DNA from: Octopus vulgaris
Lineage: Eukaryota
Direction: 5' to 3'
Assembly: GCA_951406725.2 (NCBI GenBank)
Contig: OX597838.1
Coordinates: forward strand, 930,001-994,000
DNA: 64,000 bases
Below are positions 1 to 14,499 of this stretch, in pieces. The notes under the pieces are model-generated. The model did no database searches. It had not been told where the DNA came from and saw nothing but the letters and a program-made list of their open reading frames with translations. The translations under genes and the position numbers were made by a program. The stretch's first letter is position 1. Every line of letters begins with the position of its first letter.

Positions 1-15
1 CAGACTGATTGATTA

Positions 16-100
<85 letters not shown>
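1..100. repeat. (GATT)n tetranucleotide microsatellite
   Basis: Near-perfect GATT tandem array at the start of the window. Confidence 0.95.
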
Positions 101-101
<1 letters not shown>

Positions 102-1190
102 AGACAGGCAGGAAGCCAGATAGACAGATAAGAATAATCCGGGTCCATTCTTACGTGAAGTGTGGTCAATATGATGAAGAGTTTATTGGGTCCTGGGCCA
201 GTTTTATTTCACTTCCAACTACCACCACCAACACTACCACCGTCAACATCACCACCACCACCAACACCATCACAGCTACGTCCAGGACAACCACCACTCT
301 AACCACTTCTCAATTATTGCCTTAACGCAGTTTGCTTGACATTCCTAACTAGATCACCACATCTACAACCATCACCATCACCAACACCAACAACGCCACC
401 ACCACCGCCACCTCACCACCACAACGACCATCACTATACCGAGCAACTCCTATACAAACCAGTCAACAAAGGAACTCTTATATGGTCCCTCATTCTGCTA
501 GAAATAACAAGTAAATTTCCTTCAAATTACAGCTAACGTCTTAGAAAAGGAAGCAGAATAATATAGGGGTGGAATGTAGGGAATGGAGTGATGGTCACGA
601 TTGGAATATCGTTGATCAGTGGTTTGCTCGACTGGGCTTGGAGCTAAACAACAACAAAATCCCTTAAACACGCCGCTACCCCTAATGTCACCCCCCCACA
701 CACACACACATTTATATCAACGGTCCTATATACACACACACACATGCTCACTCTCTCTCTTTCTCTCATACACACCACCACCACCACCACCACCACCACC
801 ACCACCACCAACAGCTCCCGTCATAATCCAGTCGCTGTTTGTTTTGGCCATTATCTTTCTCTCGTCAATTTCCCAGCCGCCATCACCAGCAGCGGCGTTG
901 CTCCACCTAGCGGCTGAGCCAGGAGCGACCGGCCATAACTCTGTGTAACTTGAGCCGTTATTCTACAAGGAAGGCGGCATCGGGTTGCGCAGAGAATGAC
1001 TGTGTGGCGTTTTAACAACGGAAATTAGTGATGGTTGTCTGTCAAACATGGCCGATGCTGCTGCCGCGGCCCGCGCTCCGTCTCCCGCCACACAAACAGA
1101 AGCACACACCACACACACCAGTGTGTGTGTATATACACAGATATATATGTGTATGTATGGGTGTGTGTATACATATACATATACTTGTAC

Positions 1191-1254
<64 letters not shown>

Positions 1255-1846
1255 GTATATGTATATGAATATATGTATACACACACCCATACATACACAA
1301 ATTCACATATTTTGGTCTTCTCTCTACATATATTCACACAGACAGAACAATGAGTGTGTTTGTGCGTGTGTGAGTGCACATTCAGACATATCTACACACA
1401 CACACACACACACACATACAGCTATCAATTTTCAACACGCACACGTAAGTCTGCTCCACGCACATACATACATACATACACGCATACACACACAGACACA
1501 CACACACACATCTCTGTACAACTATCAATTTTCACCACAATCTATCTAATTATTCGATACCCCTAATCCACCCGACCTGCTCCCTTTCACTCTCTCCCTC
1601 CCTCCCTCCCTCCCTCCCTCTCCCCTCCCCCTTCGCCCCTTTTATTGCTGCTCCTTTCTCATCTTTCTCTTCAAAAAAGACTCGCACAAACAACAACTGC
1701 AGCAATAACAACGGCAACAACATTTACATCAAGAAAATGACAACAACAACAACAACAACAACATGAAGACAATCCCGTTTTACTGTCAAGAAAATCTCTC
1801 CTTTCCGTGTGTAAACACAAAACACTCAACGGAAACAGATCCGCAT

Positions 1847-1906
<60 letters not shown>

Positions 1907-2319
1907 GGGCGGCGGCGGTGGTGGTGGTGGTGGTGGTGGTGGTGGTGGTGGTGGTGGTTGTGGCGGCCTGATAATGATGACGACGACGATGATGATGATG
2001 ATGGTGATGATTACGTTGATGAAGTATATGTATACGCACATGTATACATATGTACCTACGCACACACACACACACATAGACATATATATACACACATATA
2101 TATATACGTATTCGTAGTTACGTAAACATATTTGTGTATATACAATACATACATATGCATGTATATGAACACGTATACATATGTTATACATATGTAGATG
2201 TATATGTATATATATATACATATGTAGATGTAGATGTATATGTATATTCAAGCACAAATGTACTCACATATACACTCATGCAAACAAGCATGCACATATT
2301 TTATATATATATATATAAC

Positions 2320-2350
<31 letters not shown>

Positions 2351-2391
2351 CATACATACATACATACATACGTACATACATATACATACAT

Positions 2392-2458
<67 letters not shown>

Positions 2459-2704
2459 TATACATATATATATATATGTATGTATGCATGTATGTATATA
2501 CATACATATATACATACATGCATACATATATACATATATAACAATGTACATACATAAGAATATAAATTTAACGCGTACATATCATGAGCACACTCACACA
2601 CACACACACACATACGTACACAAACATCTATATACTCTACTTGTTTGTATTGAGTTCTTTTGTTTCGTGTTGCTACACTGAAGCATACATACACATTTAT
2701 GTAT

Positions 2705-2774
<70 letters not shown>

Positions 2775-3281
2775 ACACATTCGGTGTATCACGTTACCGA
2801 TATCTCTAAACAGTTGTATACACTCGGTGAGCCATTAAAAATATTAACAAGAACAGCAACAACAACAACAACAACATCGACGACGAAAACAAGAACAACA
2901 ATATTAGCAACAACAATAAAGTAATAAGAACAATGTCGTTTGTTATTTGATTGAAGAAACGAGAGTGGTGGTGGTGGGGGGGGGGGGCGTTAGCATGGAA
3001 GAATGTGACAGACTCTTTGAGGATTGCCAGAAAATGGTGGATGAGAAAAAGAGGGAGAAAAGTTATGTGGATGAAATGAATGGGTTTCGATGTCTTGAAC
3101 CGGATTGTGGAAAAGGGGAACCAACGAGCCAGGGTTAAACAAGGAACATCGCTGAACACAACGAAAATTAGTCGAATGACCAAAAAAAAGTGCCTTTTCC
3201 CGGCGGAGTTCTCCAGATTCAAGGTGCATCTTGAGAGGAGGGCTAACCATCCGGACCATTCCCATTTTCTGGAGTACAACA

Positions 3282-3327
<46 letters not shown>

Positions 3328-3479
3328 AGTCTCTCCTCATAATTTCTTTCGCTCTCGCCCCTTCTCTCTCTCTCCTTCTCTCTCTTTCTCTCTTTCTCTC
3401 TCTCTCTCTTTCCATTTATCTATTTATCCCACCCCAACTTGTCTCTACTGGAACTGGAAAAGTGGGTCCTCTTCTTAAA

Positions 3480-3750
3480 GAAGGGGAAACTGTCCTGCCC
3501 CGTCCTCAATCCTTTCAGTCTTGTCCACGAAACAACCTCTTTCGCGATAGCCACCAGCCCGAAGTACGTGTTCTTCCCGGCCCAAGGAAGGCGGTGAAGC
3601 AATTCCCACGATGGACTCGCCTCATAGCCAAGTCCTTCCTACATGGAACAACAGATGTTCGACCAAACTCCACAAATCAGTCAGCGATGGGCACTGAACG
3701 AATGCCTGCAGCGTCATTTGCGCTGACGATCCGACTGTGTCTGTGGACTT
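3480..3750 (-). mobile_element. Tx1/L1-type non-LTR retrotransposon ORF2 C-terminal remnant
   Basis: Minus-strand translation across frameshifts/stops gives TLQAFVQCPSLTDLWSLVEHLL (C-terminal Cys/His region) and LVAIAKEVVSWTRLKGL, resembling the Tx1 ORF2 end. Confidence 0.65.
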
Positions 3751-5340
3751 TATTCCGGACCAGTTTTGTGCTCCTGTGGCAGAGAAGACATTTTTATGAG
3801 TTACTCACAGACACCGAACTGAAAGTATTTCGCAATATGCTGATCGGGTGACCCTCGACGATGAAACGCGGCCACTCTGTTTGTCATCGTTTCTCGGCTC
3901 AACTGGCCCCTGGTCTAGAAAAACGTGGTTGAGAGGGGAAAGGTTTGTCATACGGCGGCCAACGCAGTTCGTCTCCGTCACCTCAGTCCAGTGCATGGGG
4001 CGGTTGTGGTGGTGGCGGGGGCGGTTGCAGTGGTGGCGGTGGTGATGGTGGTGGTAGTGGTGGTGAAGATGATGATGAAAGGAGGAGGACGACGACGATG
4101 ACGATGACGAGGACAAGGAGGAGGAGGGTGGTGATCAACATTCATCAATCAACATTAATCTACAGTCCCGTGTCATTAGTCATCAGTAATCAACAATATT
4201 CACCAATCATCATTCAACAATCAACAGCACTCGTTAGTCATCAGTCTAAATCTGATAAGTAGTTTTACGTTTATTTAGTTACTCCTCTCTCTCTCTTTCT
4301 CACTTCGTCTGGGACGGTGTGTGTGTGTGTGTGTGCGTGTGTGTGTGCATGTGTGTACGTGTGTGTATGTATATTTCTGTGCGCAACTACATGTATATGC
4401 GTGTTTATGTATATATATATGTGTGTATGTATCATTGTCTATGTATGTCAGTGTGCGCGCGTGTGTGTGTGTGTGTGTATTTATCTATAGATATGAATGT
4501 AGTTGTGTGTATGTCTATGACTATGTTTTTATGTTCATATGTGAAAGTGGGGAAACGTGTATGTTTGTGTGTATATATGTGTTTATGTGTGTGTAAACAT
4601 GAGTGGATATGTGTGCGTGCGTGTGCGTGCGTGCGTGTGTGTGTGTGTGTGTGTGAATGTCTTGGGTTTCAAAATTTGTCGGAATAGGATGAAACCCGAG
4701 AAAAGGGAGTGTATTTGGGGGCTGGGAGTGGAAGAAGGGAGAGGAAGGGTTTGGCGGCGGGAGAGGAGGCCTATGTAAAGAAACCCAGCGAAAAATCCCA
4801 AATGTTCCAAAAGAGGGAGGAATGTTCAAGAAGACGAGAAGACTGTCTGTCAGCCTGTCGGCATGTCTGTCCGTCTGTCTGTATGTCAGCTTGTCTGTCT
4901 GTCTGTCTGTTGATCTGTTGGTCGGTCGGTTTATAAGTATGTCAAGCTGTCTATCTGCCTGTCTGTCTGTCTGTTTGTCCCTCTTTATTCTTAGGGAGAC
5001 AGGAATGTTACAAGACGGGAGAGGCGTTAATTTATTCCAAGTTTTTCCTAAAAACAAAAAAACAAAAAAGACAGAAAAATTACAAAAAAATGCAAAAATA
5101 ACAAATATGTAAAACATGTATTAAAAAAATTAAGAAAAACTGTTTTCAAATGTGATCTAGAGATATGTGTGTGTGTGTGTGTATGTGTGTGTATATATGT
5201 GCGCGCGTGTGTGTGTGTGTATAACATTCTTAAAAACATTTCCAATTATTTTTTAATACTTTTAAAAATGCATAAAACTTTTAAAGCCCCAACAAAATTT
5301 AGGCACACACACACACACACAACATACAACATACATACAT

Positions 5341-5371
<31 letters not shown>

Positions 5372-5402
5372 ACATACAACATACATACATACATACATAC
5401 AT

Positions 5403-5441
<39 letters not shown>

Positions 5442-5472
5442 AACATACAACATACATACATACATACATACA

Positions 5473-5570
<98 letters not shown>

Positions 5571-5949
5571 CATATATATATATATACATACATACATATA
5601 TATATATATATCTTTTGTTGTGTGGTTAAAAAGTTCCTTTGCAACTGGCGGTAGATTCGAACCCGCTGTGTCGAAGTTGCTGTACAGTGGATACAATTGT
5701 CCGGAAGCTTTTCGAAAACTTGTGTGAAGGGGGGTTGCTTTAATTCTTCGGGGGTTAACTTAATCCGTCGTGCAGTTTAACAATCCCCACCACCTCCCAT
5801 CCGTTTTGGATGTCTTTGGTGGGGTCCACTTTGTTATTAGCGGTCAGAAGGAGCAGGTCTCCGGACAAAGTTGTTTTCCATTGTAACTTTCAGTATCATA
5901 ACGAGGTCCTTAATAATAATAGTCTCACTAATAAAATCCACACCAAGAA

Positions 5950-6700
5950 TCATACCAAAGTACTTTACAACTTAAAATAAGTATTAAAAATATGCTGTGG
6001 CTTAATCCACCTTGCAGAGCAAATGTTCGTGCAATTCTTGATATGAAAATAACATACGATAAAAGAAATACGATTAAAACCATTAGTTCTTGTATATTTC
6101 AAAACAAAAGAATCTGTTCATCACAAATTACATAATCTTCATTATCCCACCCCACCTCACATTTCGTAACTTCAATATTCCGAACAAATTTCTCCTTAGC
6201 GGCAATTATCTCTCTCATGCTTTGGTCTACAGTGCTACATTCTTCCTTGACAAAATTCACAGCCCTAAATCTTATATGGACCTTAGTGAAAATTCTTTTA
6301 AAACAATAAATGATCAACATAACTGTGCCTTTGAAAAGACAAGATAGAAGTTGCGATAAGACTTCTCTAAGTACGATTAGTCTTTGGGAGATACAGAACG
6401 TATCGCTTTTCAATTCGACGAGTGAATCTATTTTTGCTCTCTCCAATAATTTTTCTTTCTCTTTTTTTTTCAAATTTTAGCTCCAAACTTTGCTTCAATG
6501 TATTCCAAGATAAACAATTATTTCAATAAACATTCAGAACTGCTCAGCTTTTGCAAGAACTCTCTTAAGTTTATGTCTCACAATCTTCTCCCCCGGCATA
6601 GTTTCTCTAATTCTCAGAAATCGAGTCTTATAAATCCGCTACGAACCACTTCACTTGCATCGCATTATTGTCATCTTCTCACATAGACACCAACCTTGTT
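5950..6700 (+). mobile_element. Highly decayed Penelope-like element (RT thumb/linker and GIY-YIG region)
   Basis: MLWLNPPCRANVR at 5992 resembles the PLE motif IIWFNPPYSxNV. HSFSNSQK...TSLASHY near 6590-6670 resembles the GIY-YIG C-terminal part. Many stops and frameshifts. Confidence 0.5.
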
Positions 6701-6879
6701 ATTACAACATTTTTCGGACGTATATTTCTCTATATAAACTATTTTCATTTCATTTTGTTTATAGTATTTATTATTCCTCAATGCTGAAAAGTTTGTATGT
6801 GTTTTTGTTTGTTTTTTTTTTATCTATTCCTCATGTGACGACCATCTGTTGCATTGCCAGACAGCAGCAGTCTTTTGTC

Positions 6880-7360
6880 ATTTTCCTTTAATCAATGAGT
6901 GATTGCCATAGGATTCACAGCAGATGCTCTGAAGAAAGGCATCGACAAGCATGGAGTAACGAAGGAAGGTGATTCGACGATTGCCTCTCACATCTGCGAT
7001 GTCTTTTCTCATTTCTGCTGGTTGTGGGTCTCCCAGAATGTTCGTCAAGATCGACATTTTTCGGCCATCTTGGAAACGTCTGAACCACTCCCACGTGCAG
7101 CTCATACACTCATCTCCGTACACTTTCTGCAACCTTGCGTAACCCTCTGAGCAGGTATCGCCATGGCCAATGCGACGATCACACGCTACACACCTTCCTC
7201 CCAAGCACTGCTGTAAACAGCGGAAGCGAGTCAGAAGGTTAAACCGTAGTACGTATGCTCGGCAGGGTTCAAGGTCAGTCGGTGTCAAGCGATTTTACTC
7301 TGTGTGCTTTAGCTTTGTTGCTATGGCAACAGTTCGGATACTTATTGATCAGACCTCATA
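6880..7360 (-). mobile_element. mariner transposon 5' remnant with one TIR
   Basis: LQKVYGDECMS..WEWFRRFQDGR and, in another frame, DEHSGRPTTSRNE match the mariner N-terminal HTH region. A TIR-like TATGAGGTCTGATCAATAAGTATCCGAAC lies at about 7331-7360. Confidence 0.85.
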
Positions 7361-7388
7361 TGTGTGACTATCTCTCTCTCTCTCTCTA

Positions 7389-7431
<43 letters not shown>

Positions 7432-7536
7432 GGAAAGAGAAGGGAGATGTACGCGCGCATGTATGTATATATCTATATCTGTATGCGTATGGCTAAATAG
7501 ATATATGAGCTTATATCCACGTATGTCAACCCATGT

Positions 7537-7568
<32 letters not shown>

Positions 7569-8592
7569 CAAATATTTTGCGTCCTCCAGAGATATTCTAC
7601 CCTAATCAACGACATACCATGAAAGTCATTTTTATGACGCACCTCCTCCACCAACACCACAACCACCACAACCACCTACCCTTCTCCTTAAACACTCCCC
7701 AAACTCTTTATCTAGCCTACATATATCCCCACCGCCACCATCAGCAACACCATCAATAGCAACATCTCCCGCACACACCCGGCCACCCCTATATTCCAAC
7801 TACCCCAATTATCTATTTATCTTTCCCTTTTATTACATAATTTACCAGCCAACCCTTACAACCCATCCACCCTTAATATATATACCCACCCCTAATAAAT
7901 ATGCTTGTGTTCCCCATTCTTGACATATTTCTCACACGCAGCTTTCCCGCTTTCTTCACCCCACCTTACTCAATAATTTCAGTTGGGACTCCAATGTTGT
8001 TGTTGTTGTTATCTGTGGGTGGGTGGGTGGACGGGTGGGTGTTGATGTGCTTGTGTGTATGTGTGTCGTATGTGTGTGTGTGTGTGTGTGTGTGTACGAG
8101 TGTGTTGTGAGTATGTGTACCTGTATGTGTGTGTATGTGTTTTGTGTGAGTCTGTGTGTGCCTGTTTCATTGCAAACACACAAACACACACACATGCACA
8201 AACATTTATGTGCGTGTATATGCATGTATGTATACATACATATATCTATGTAGGTATGAATCGATTATATTTGTATGTATGTATTACGTGTGTGTGTGTG
8301 TGCGTTTGTATGTATCGAGAAATGCTGACACCCAAATTCATAAATCATCAAACAACCTAGAAATCGATCCTTCAACCCTCGGAGTTCCAGTCTACCCAGC
8401 TGTAAGGCTACAGCGTTGCATTATTCGCAGTGTTGTACTTATATATTCACGCATGCATGTATGTAGATTTGTATATGTATGCATGTATGTATGTGTGTAT
8501 GTATGCATGTGTATACGTGTGTGTGTGTGTATGTATGCATGTGTGTACGTGTGTGTGTGTGTATGTATGCATGTGTGTGCGTGTGCGTTTGT

Positions 8593-8634
<42 letters not shown>

Positions 8635-8736
8635 CTGCTTCGTTGTAGATTGTCTATAATAGAACTGCCCCAACTACAGAAGTTGCCTTAATTACAGAAG
8701 TTGACTTAACGATTCAATTGTCCTTTTCATGTTCAG

Positions 8737-8794
8737 TCGTTAAGTGAGATATCGTTAAATGAGACATCGTTAAGTGAGACATTGTTAAGTGAGA
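8737..8794. repeat. 15-bp tandem repeat x4 (TCGTTAAGTGAGACA)
   Basis: Four units at 15-bp spacing, with an inverted partial copy GACTTAACGA at 8703-8712. Possibly a pogo/Tigger-type end relic. Confidence 0.7.
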
Positions 8795-10689
8795 AGTAAA
8801 TTTTCATTGACATAACGTTATAAGCAGTAGTTTCTTTCTCACGGATGAAATTTGATATAAGAAATTTTTTAAAAACGCTAAATAAAACAATAAAACAACA
8901 ATTTTGACATAAACGATGATTTAATTAAATTTAGCATTCACATATAATTAATTACCATTATTCATTTTTTCTTGTTATTAATCACCGGATGTTTTCTTGG
9001 GTTTTTTTTACCGTCGTTTTTGGGTCTTGTAGTGATTCGAATCCTAACCGTTAGATACTTAAATTAGACAACACAACTGAGTCACCACAGTTTCACGTGA
9101 TTAATCTATATAAATCGACCAATCAGCGTGAAGCTGTGGCGTGATATGGTTTCTCGAATGTTCTAGAATTTACCCGCTTTTCACCCCATAAGCCGTTTGG
9201 CGCCTAATCCACAAGGCAGACGATCTCCGGCATTCGAGCAGGCGATTTCTGGTCCTCGGACAGGCCCATTCTGAACATTCGCACACGATTTACTATGGGT
9301 AGCTTTCCACGGGCACGGCGCAGATTTCTCTCATCCCAGTCGGCAATTGTATTATTAGCATCTTTCATTGTAAATAGCCAACACAAAATATCATTTCCGG
9401 TAATAATTTTTAAAGTTAAAGTTTCCTGACTATGCTTTAGTTATTATTCACACAGCCAACATTCCATGTCGCTACAGCACAATACAAACCAATCTTTCAT
9501 CGTAACAACGTTGACCAAGACGCAGACAATATATCATCCTTGACCAGCTCCACACAAGCAACAATTAAGCAACATCATGACAGCTTCATCACTCCTTATT
9601 ACTTTCGCCCTCATATTTCATTCTTTTGAAGCAAACTCATACAGTTTCTCTTTATAAATACATCAAAAGTCTCTCGTGGCCATTACATTTATTTTTCTCT
9701 ATAAATTTCACAAGAGCTGACGTAAACTTTATTTAAATCTACAGCAATGGTTTTGTTATTGTTGTTGTTGCTGCTGCTGTTGTTTTTGTTGTGTTTTGTG
9801 GGGGTTTTTTATACTGATTTCATAATTTTACTCTTGAGACTAAAACTTCTCCACCATTTTTGGAATATGTGAAAAGACTTCGTCGACCACTTCGAGACTG
9901 AAAGACTAAACAGGAGTTTCCGTTGGTATATCTTCCTCAAGTTGGGCTAATCTTTGAATCAAATCCAAATGCATTCGATCAAAGGTTTTCAGACAAAAGA
10001 GTTGCGGGGAGAACCGGAAAACAGTATTTGCGCCCAACGCAAAACAAAAAAAAAAAAAAAACACATGCAAACCATATGACTAAAGGGGCGGAAAGCCACT
10101 CTTATACACATCATTGAGGAGCATTGCATTATCTAAACTTTTAAAGCAATATTATGAACGTTTAGCATTTCTTTGTGCAGTTTTTTTTAAAGTTTATACC
10201 TTTTCAAAAACCATCAATAAAGCGGTTATCTTTTAATGATGCATTGCAGCGTTCGTTGAGCGGGTAAACATCAAGTTTGCCTTTGGGCAGACAAAATGCA
10301 GAAACCAGGAGTGTAATGGAGGTGAGTGGCAAAGTAAATAAGGTGTAGTTTATTATATAAAATATGTTGTATATCTGGGTGTTGCTGTATACCCCGGATG
10401 TTGTGGCATATCAGGGTGTGACGTTAATGCAGAAAATAGAGAAAATATTTGCAAAACAATTCAGAAGAAATTCATAGAATTGTTCTCAAAATCTTGTCTT
10501 ATTTTCTGCAAGAGGCATCAGCTTGAAGCAAGTCGACCTTTAAAACACTTTCGGTTTAGCTGTTAAGCAGATATCAAAATGAACGAGCCTCTACGCAGTC
10601 ATTCGATCTGTTAAAAATAGCAGCCAAATCATCTTCCTGCCAGTCCCTACAATATACATACATACACACACACACAAACACACACACAC

Positions 10690-10815
<126 letters not shown>

Positions 10816-10894
10816 GTGTGTGTGTGACCTCGTGTGTACCGTTGGCGATTTTTTTTCCTCTGTCTTCCCTTCTCTGGATCTTTCCTTCTCCTAT

Positions 10895-10929
10895 GTTTCC
10901 GACGAAGAGCTCCGCTCGAAACGTTAAAC
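10895..10929 (+). ncRNA. Minimal type I hammerhead-ribozyme-like motif (variant core)
   Basis: GTTT-CCGACGA-A-GAGC(TCC)GCTC-GAAA-CGT-T-AAAC: stem I GUUU/AAAC, stem II GAGC/GCUC and palindromic stem III ACGU. Lies in a ~200-bp element flanked by (TA/TG)n. Confidence 0.65.
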
Positions 10930-11018
10930 CCTCCTTCTTTCCTGAGCGTCCAATAATACTATATTTGTTCCACGTCCTCGCGTTGTTGTGTTTTTTTTGT
11001 GCTTTCTTGTTTGGATTA

Positions 11019-11083
<65 letters not shown>

Positions 11084-11780
11084 TTGCATATATCGGTACA
11101 GGACGTGACCAACTGCGCTTCTTCTGCAGCATTAAGAGTATTTTAACTCTTATTTCTAGCAATGTTGGTACTTCAGTAACCTCAGTCACATTCATTGACG
11201 ACTGAATTGTTCCTTTGTGGCATCACTTTGCACCTGGCTGTTTCTATTAGTTTATATGTATGTATAACCACCTGCAGCTGCGTAAAAGCACATTTATACC
11301 TGGAGGTACGCAAAAGTAACGGGAAACGTTCTCTGTGGAGCAAGCCCATTGTAGTTCGGACTTCTGCCGCTAGAAGCCACTTGATGCGATCGTCAGGCAT
11401 CAGTCTGCCGAACCGCGTCGCCGACTGTGATATATATAAACTAAGAGTTCTTTAAAAAGTTGAATAGAATTTAATTAATTTATTCATAATGGGGAAACAC
11501 TGCGCATTGTTTATGTAACTTAATAATCTCTCTGTGGACGGAAGAGAGATAATCTTTCTCTGATAAACATCTTACAAGACTAGAAACCAGTTACATTGAT
11601 CCTAATTTGTCTCCACAGACGAAAGCTATGGTGTTAATATTTTCCTTGTTTTTCACAAGAAGGCTAAAATGTATGTTTGGGATAAAAAGTTGCACTTTAT
11701 ACACACATACATACATATATATGTGTGTCTGTGTATAGGGGATATATGCATATATGTATATATTATGTATTTGTATATAC

Positions 11781-11873
<93 letters not shown>

Positions 11874-11896
11874 TATATATATATGCATACATGTGC

Positions 11897-11929
<33 letters not shown>

Positions 11930-12059
11930 TGTATGTATGTATGTATGTATGTATGTGTGTATGTATACACATGTAAACAGAATGCGAGGGATATTTTTGA
12001 GGTTCATCATCAGTATTTAAGTCTCTCCAAATCAATTAAAAGTTTTTTTTTCAGGAACC

Positions 12060-13000
12060 TCCATGGCAAATAAAATGGCGAATACAACAAAAGAAAAGAC
12101 CTGTAGACATTGTTGCCGCGTTTGAGCGGAATACAACGATTGAGAAATTGTCGACTTTCTAAATGTTGCAAATCTTTTTCTACACAAAATTCGGATGGAA
12201 TTGGAAATTTCTGGCGGAAATGTTTCAACTGTATCAAAGAAAAAACAAAAGAAAAAACATTCAAAACTTTGGACATTGTCAGGTCTCCACAATTCATTCG
12301 ACGGGTTCAAAACGTTGTAAGTGACGATCCTGGAAAATCAATGAAGGCCATCACCAAAGAACTTAAGATGTCGGAATGGGAAAACGGAACTTTGGTGCAT
12401 GAGAACATTTGATATAAGTTGTATGTAATAAGGTGTTACTTTTACAAGGTTACAAAACTCTCACGAGCATGTCAGGTATTGGTTCACCCCTGATGAGATT
12501 AACTTTGGCCAAGACCAAATAACAAAAGTTTAGGCGCAGATAAATTGTGATGTCCCCGGGGTGATGTTTTAGGAGCAATGAGGATCATGTCATGCCCCGT
12601 CACATCTTTGCACAGCGTCTTAGAATTAATGCTGCTGGATACACTGAGATGCTGGAGACAATTATTAATCGCTGGATGAATGAATTGCGCAGTGGAAGGC
12701 CATACGTGTTTCAATGAGTCTCAGTATCTTCCCACTAAACCCACAAATTATCTTTAGGATTTTGTAACACAGAACTTGAGGGCCCCCAAAACTCTCCAGA
12801 TTTAAATCCCACGGACTAATTTGTTTGAATAGTTGTTCAAAGGGAAACGAATCGATATCCTCATAATACTGTAGCTTCGCTAAAGGCAACCATTGTCCAG
12901 ATGGTGTCCGAAATGACTAAGGACCATTTAGTGCAGGCATGTCAATGATTCAAGTCCGGTAGTGAAGCAAGTCATTGAGGCTGAAGGCGGATTCATAAAA
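12060..13000 (+). mobile_element. Decayed DD37D (maT)-type Tc1/mariner transposon
   Basis: VRSPQFIRRVQNVVSDDPGKSMKAITKELKMSE...VHENI, then SPDLNP near 12795-12810. Resembles the copy at 58.1-59.1 kb. Confidence 0.7.
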
Positions 13001-13561
13001 AAAAGTCTTATAAGGAAGCTTACCGACAACAAGCGCACCAATTCTTATTAAAATATTTTCGGTTTTTACCAAATTAGAATTGTTTTAATTAAATTAGCAC
13101 ATAAGTCCTCAACTGCTTCTTGCATTCTACAAATATATGCATAAACTTTTCTATGTATAAGGAGTATATAACCGCATTCAATCTTCTGACGATTGTTTTG
13201 AGTCACTTCAACCTGACGGTGCTCATTAAATTCGGTTTTGACTCGAAACAATCATCAGAGCAAAATTGTACAACACCACGTCATGCACCGCGGGGAGAGA
13301 TAAGTTTAATTAACTCTGTGGGTGAGTTAATTTTGCTTAATTAATGCAGTCAGTCATTTATGAGTGTTTCCTTAAACAAACAACACAAAAGTCAATTAAC
13401 CAATTACATGTGGAACTATTCGCATTCTTTCATTTGGTGTGCCTGGTTAGTTTTAGCAATTGCATACATATACATACATATATATATATATATATGCGTA
13501 TGTACACTTCTGTATGTTCTGTATGTATGTATGTATGTATGTATGTATGTATGTATGTATG

Positions 13562-13592
<31 letters not shown>

Positions 13593-13750
13593 GAATGCAC
13601 ACACACACACACACACATATAAATACATATATGCATACAGAACATATATGTATGCATATACATATGTGTGTGTGTAAAAAGAGAGAGATACACACATACA
13701 GACACAGACAGACAGACAGGCAGGCAGACGGACAGACAGATGGACAGGTG

Positions 13751-13840
<90 letters not shown>

Positions 13841-14135
13841 GAAAGAGAGATAGGGAGAGAGAGAGAGACGAGTTTATAGATTTATTCAATAATGAGTCTC
13901 CCCTTCGGTTGTTACACAAAGTTCTGTCTTCTTTCCATTGTTCATCATGTCAGAAACTTGAAATATTTCAAAATATCCACACGTGACAGCGACGATTGGA
14001 GAGAAGAGATTGTGTAACGATGGTTACATCTGGCAGCGTTTGTGATTTGGGTGGCAAATGACGGTGCAATCTGTACGCAGATACTTTAGTTTTGATGGTG
14101 GTGGATGGTCGGTAATTGAATAGATTTACATTTCT

Positions 14136-14175
<40 letters not shown>

Positions 14176-14499
14176 CACGCATGTATGCATGTATATATGA
14201 GTAAGTAACCTTGTGTAGTTGTGTGTGTGTGCTTTATGATTCTTTATGATCTTTAAATGTAAAGTATGGTTCTTGTGTTACCGGTGTATCGACCCGTTTC
14301 GCTTATCTTTAGCTCAGTCTCAATGTTTTTATCAGTTGTTTAATATCGTTTCAGACGACATAGTTTGGTTATTTGTTTGTTTGTTTCTTTCTATTTTTTC
14401 TGTCGGGATTCGTGGTTGAATCCTGCGAAAGCCGGAGTAAGTTTGCTATTGTTGTTTTTTTATCGCATTTCGCTCTGTAGCTAGTCTGATTAACCCTTT

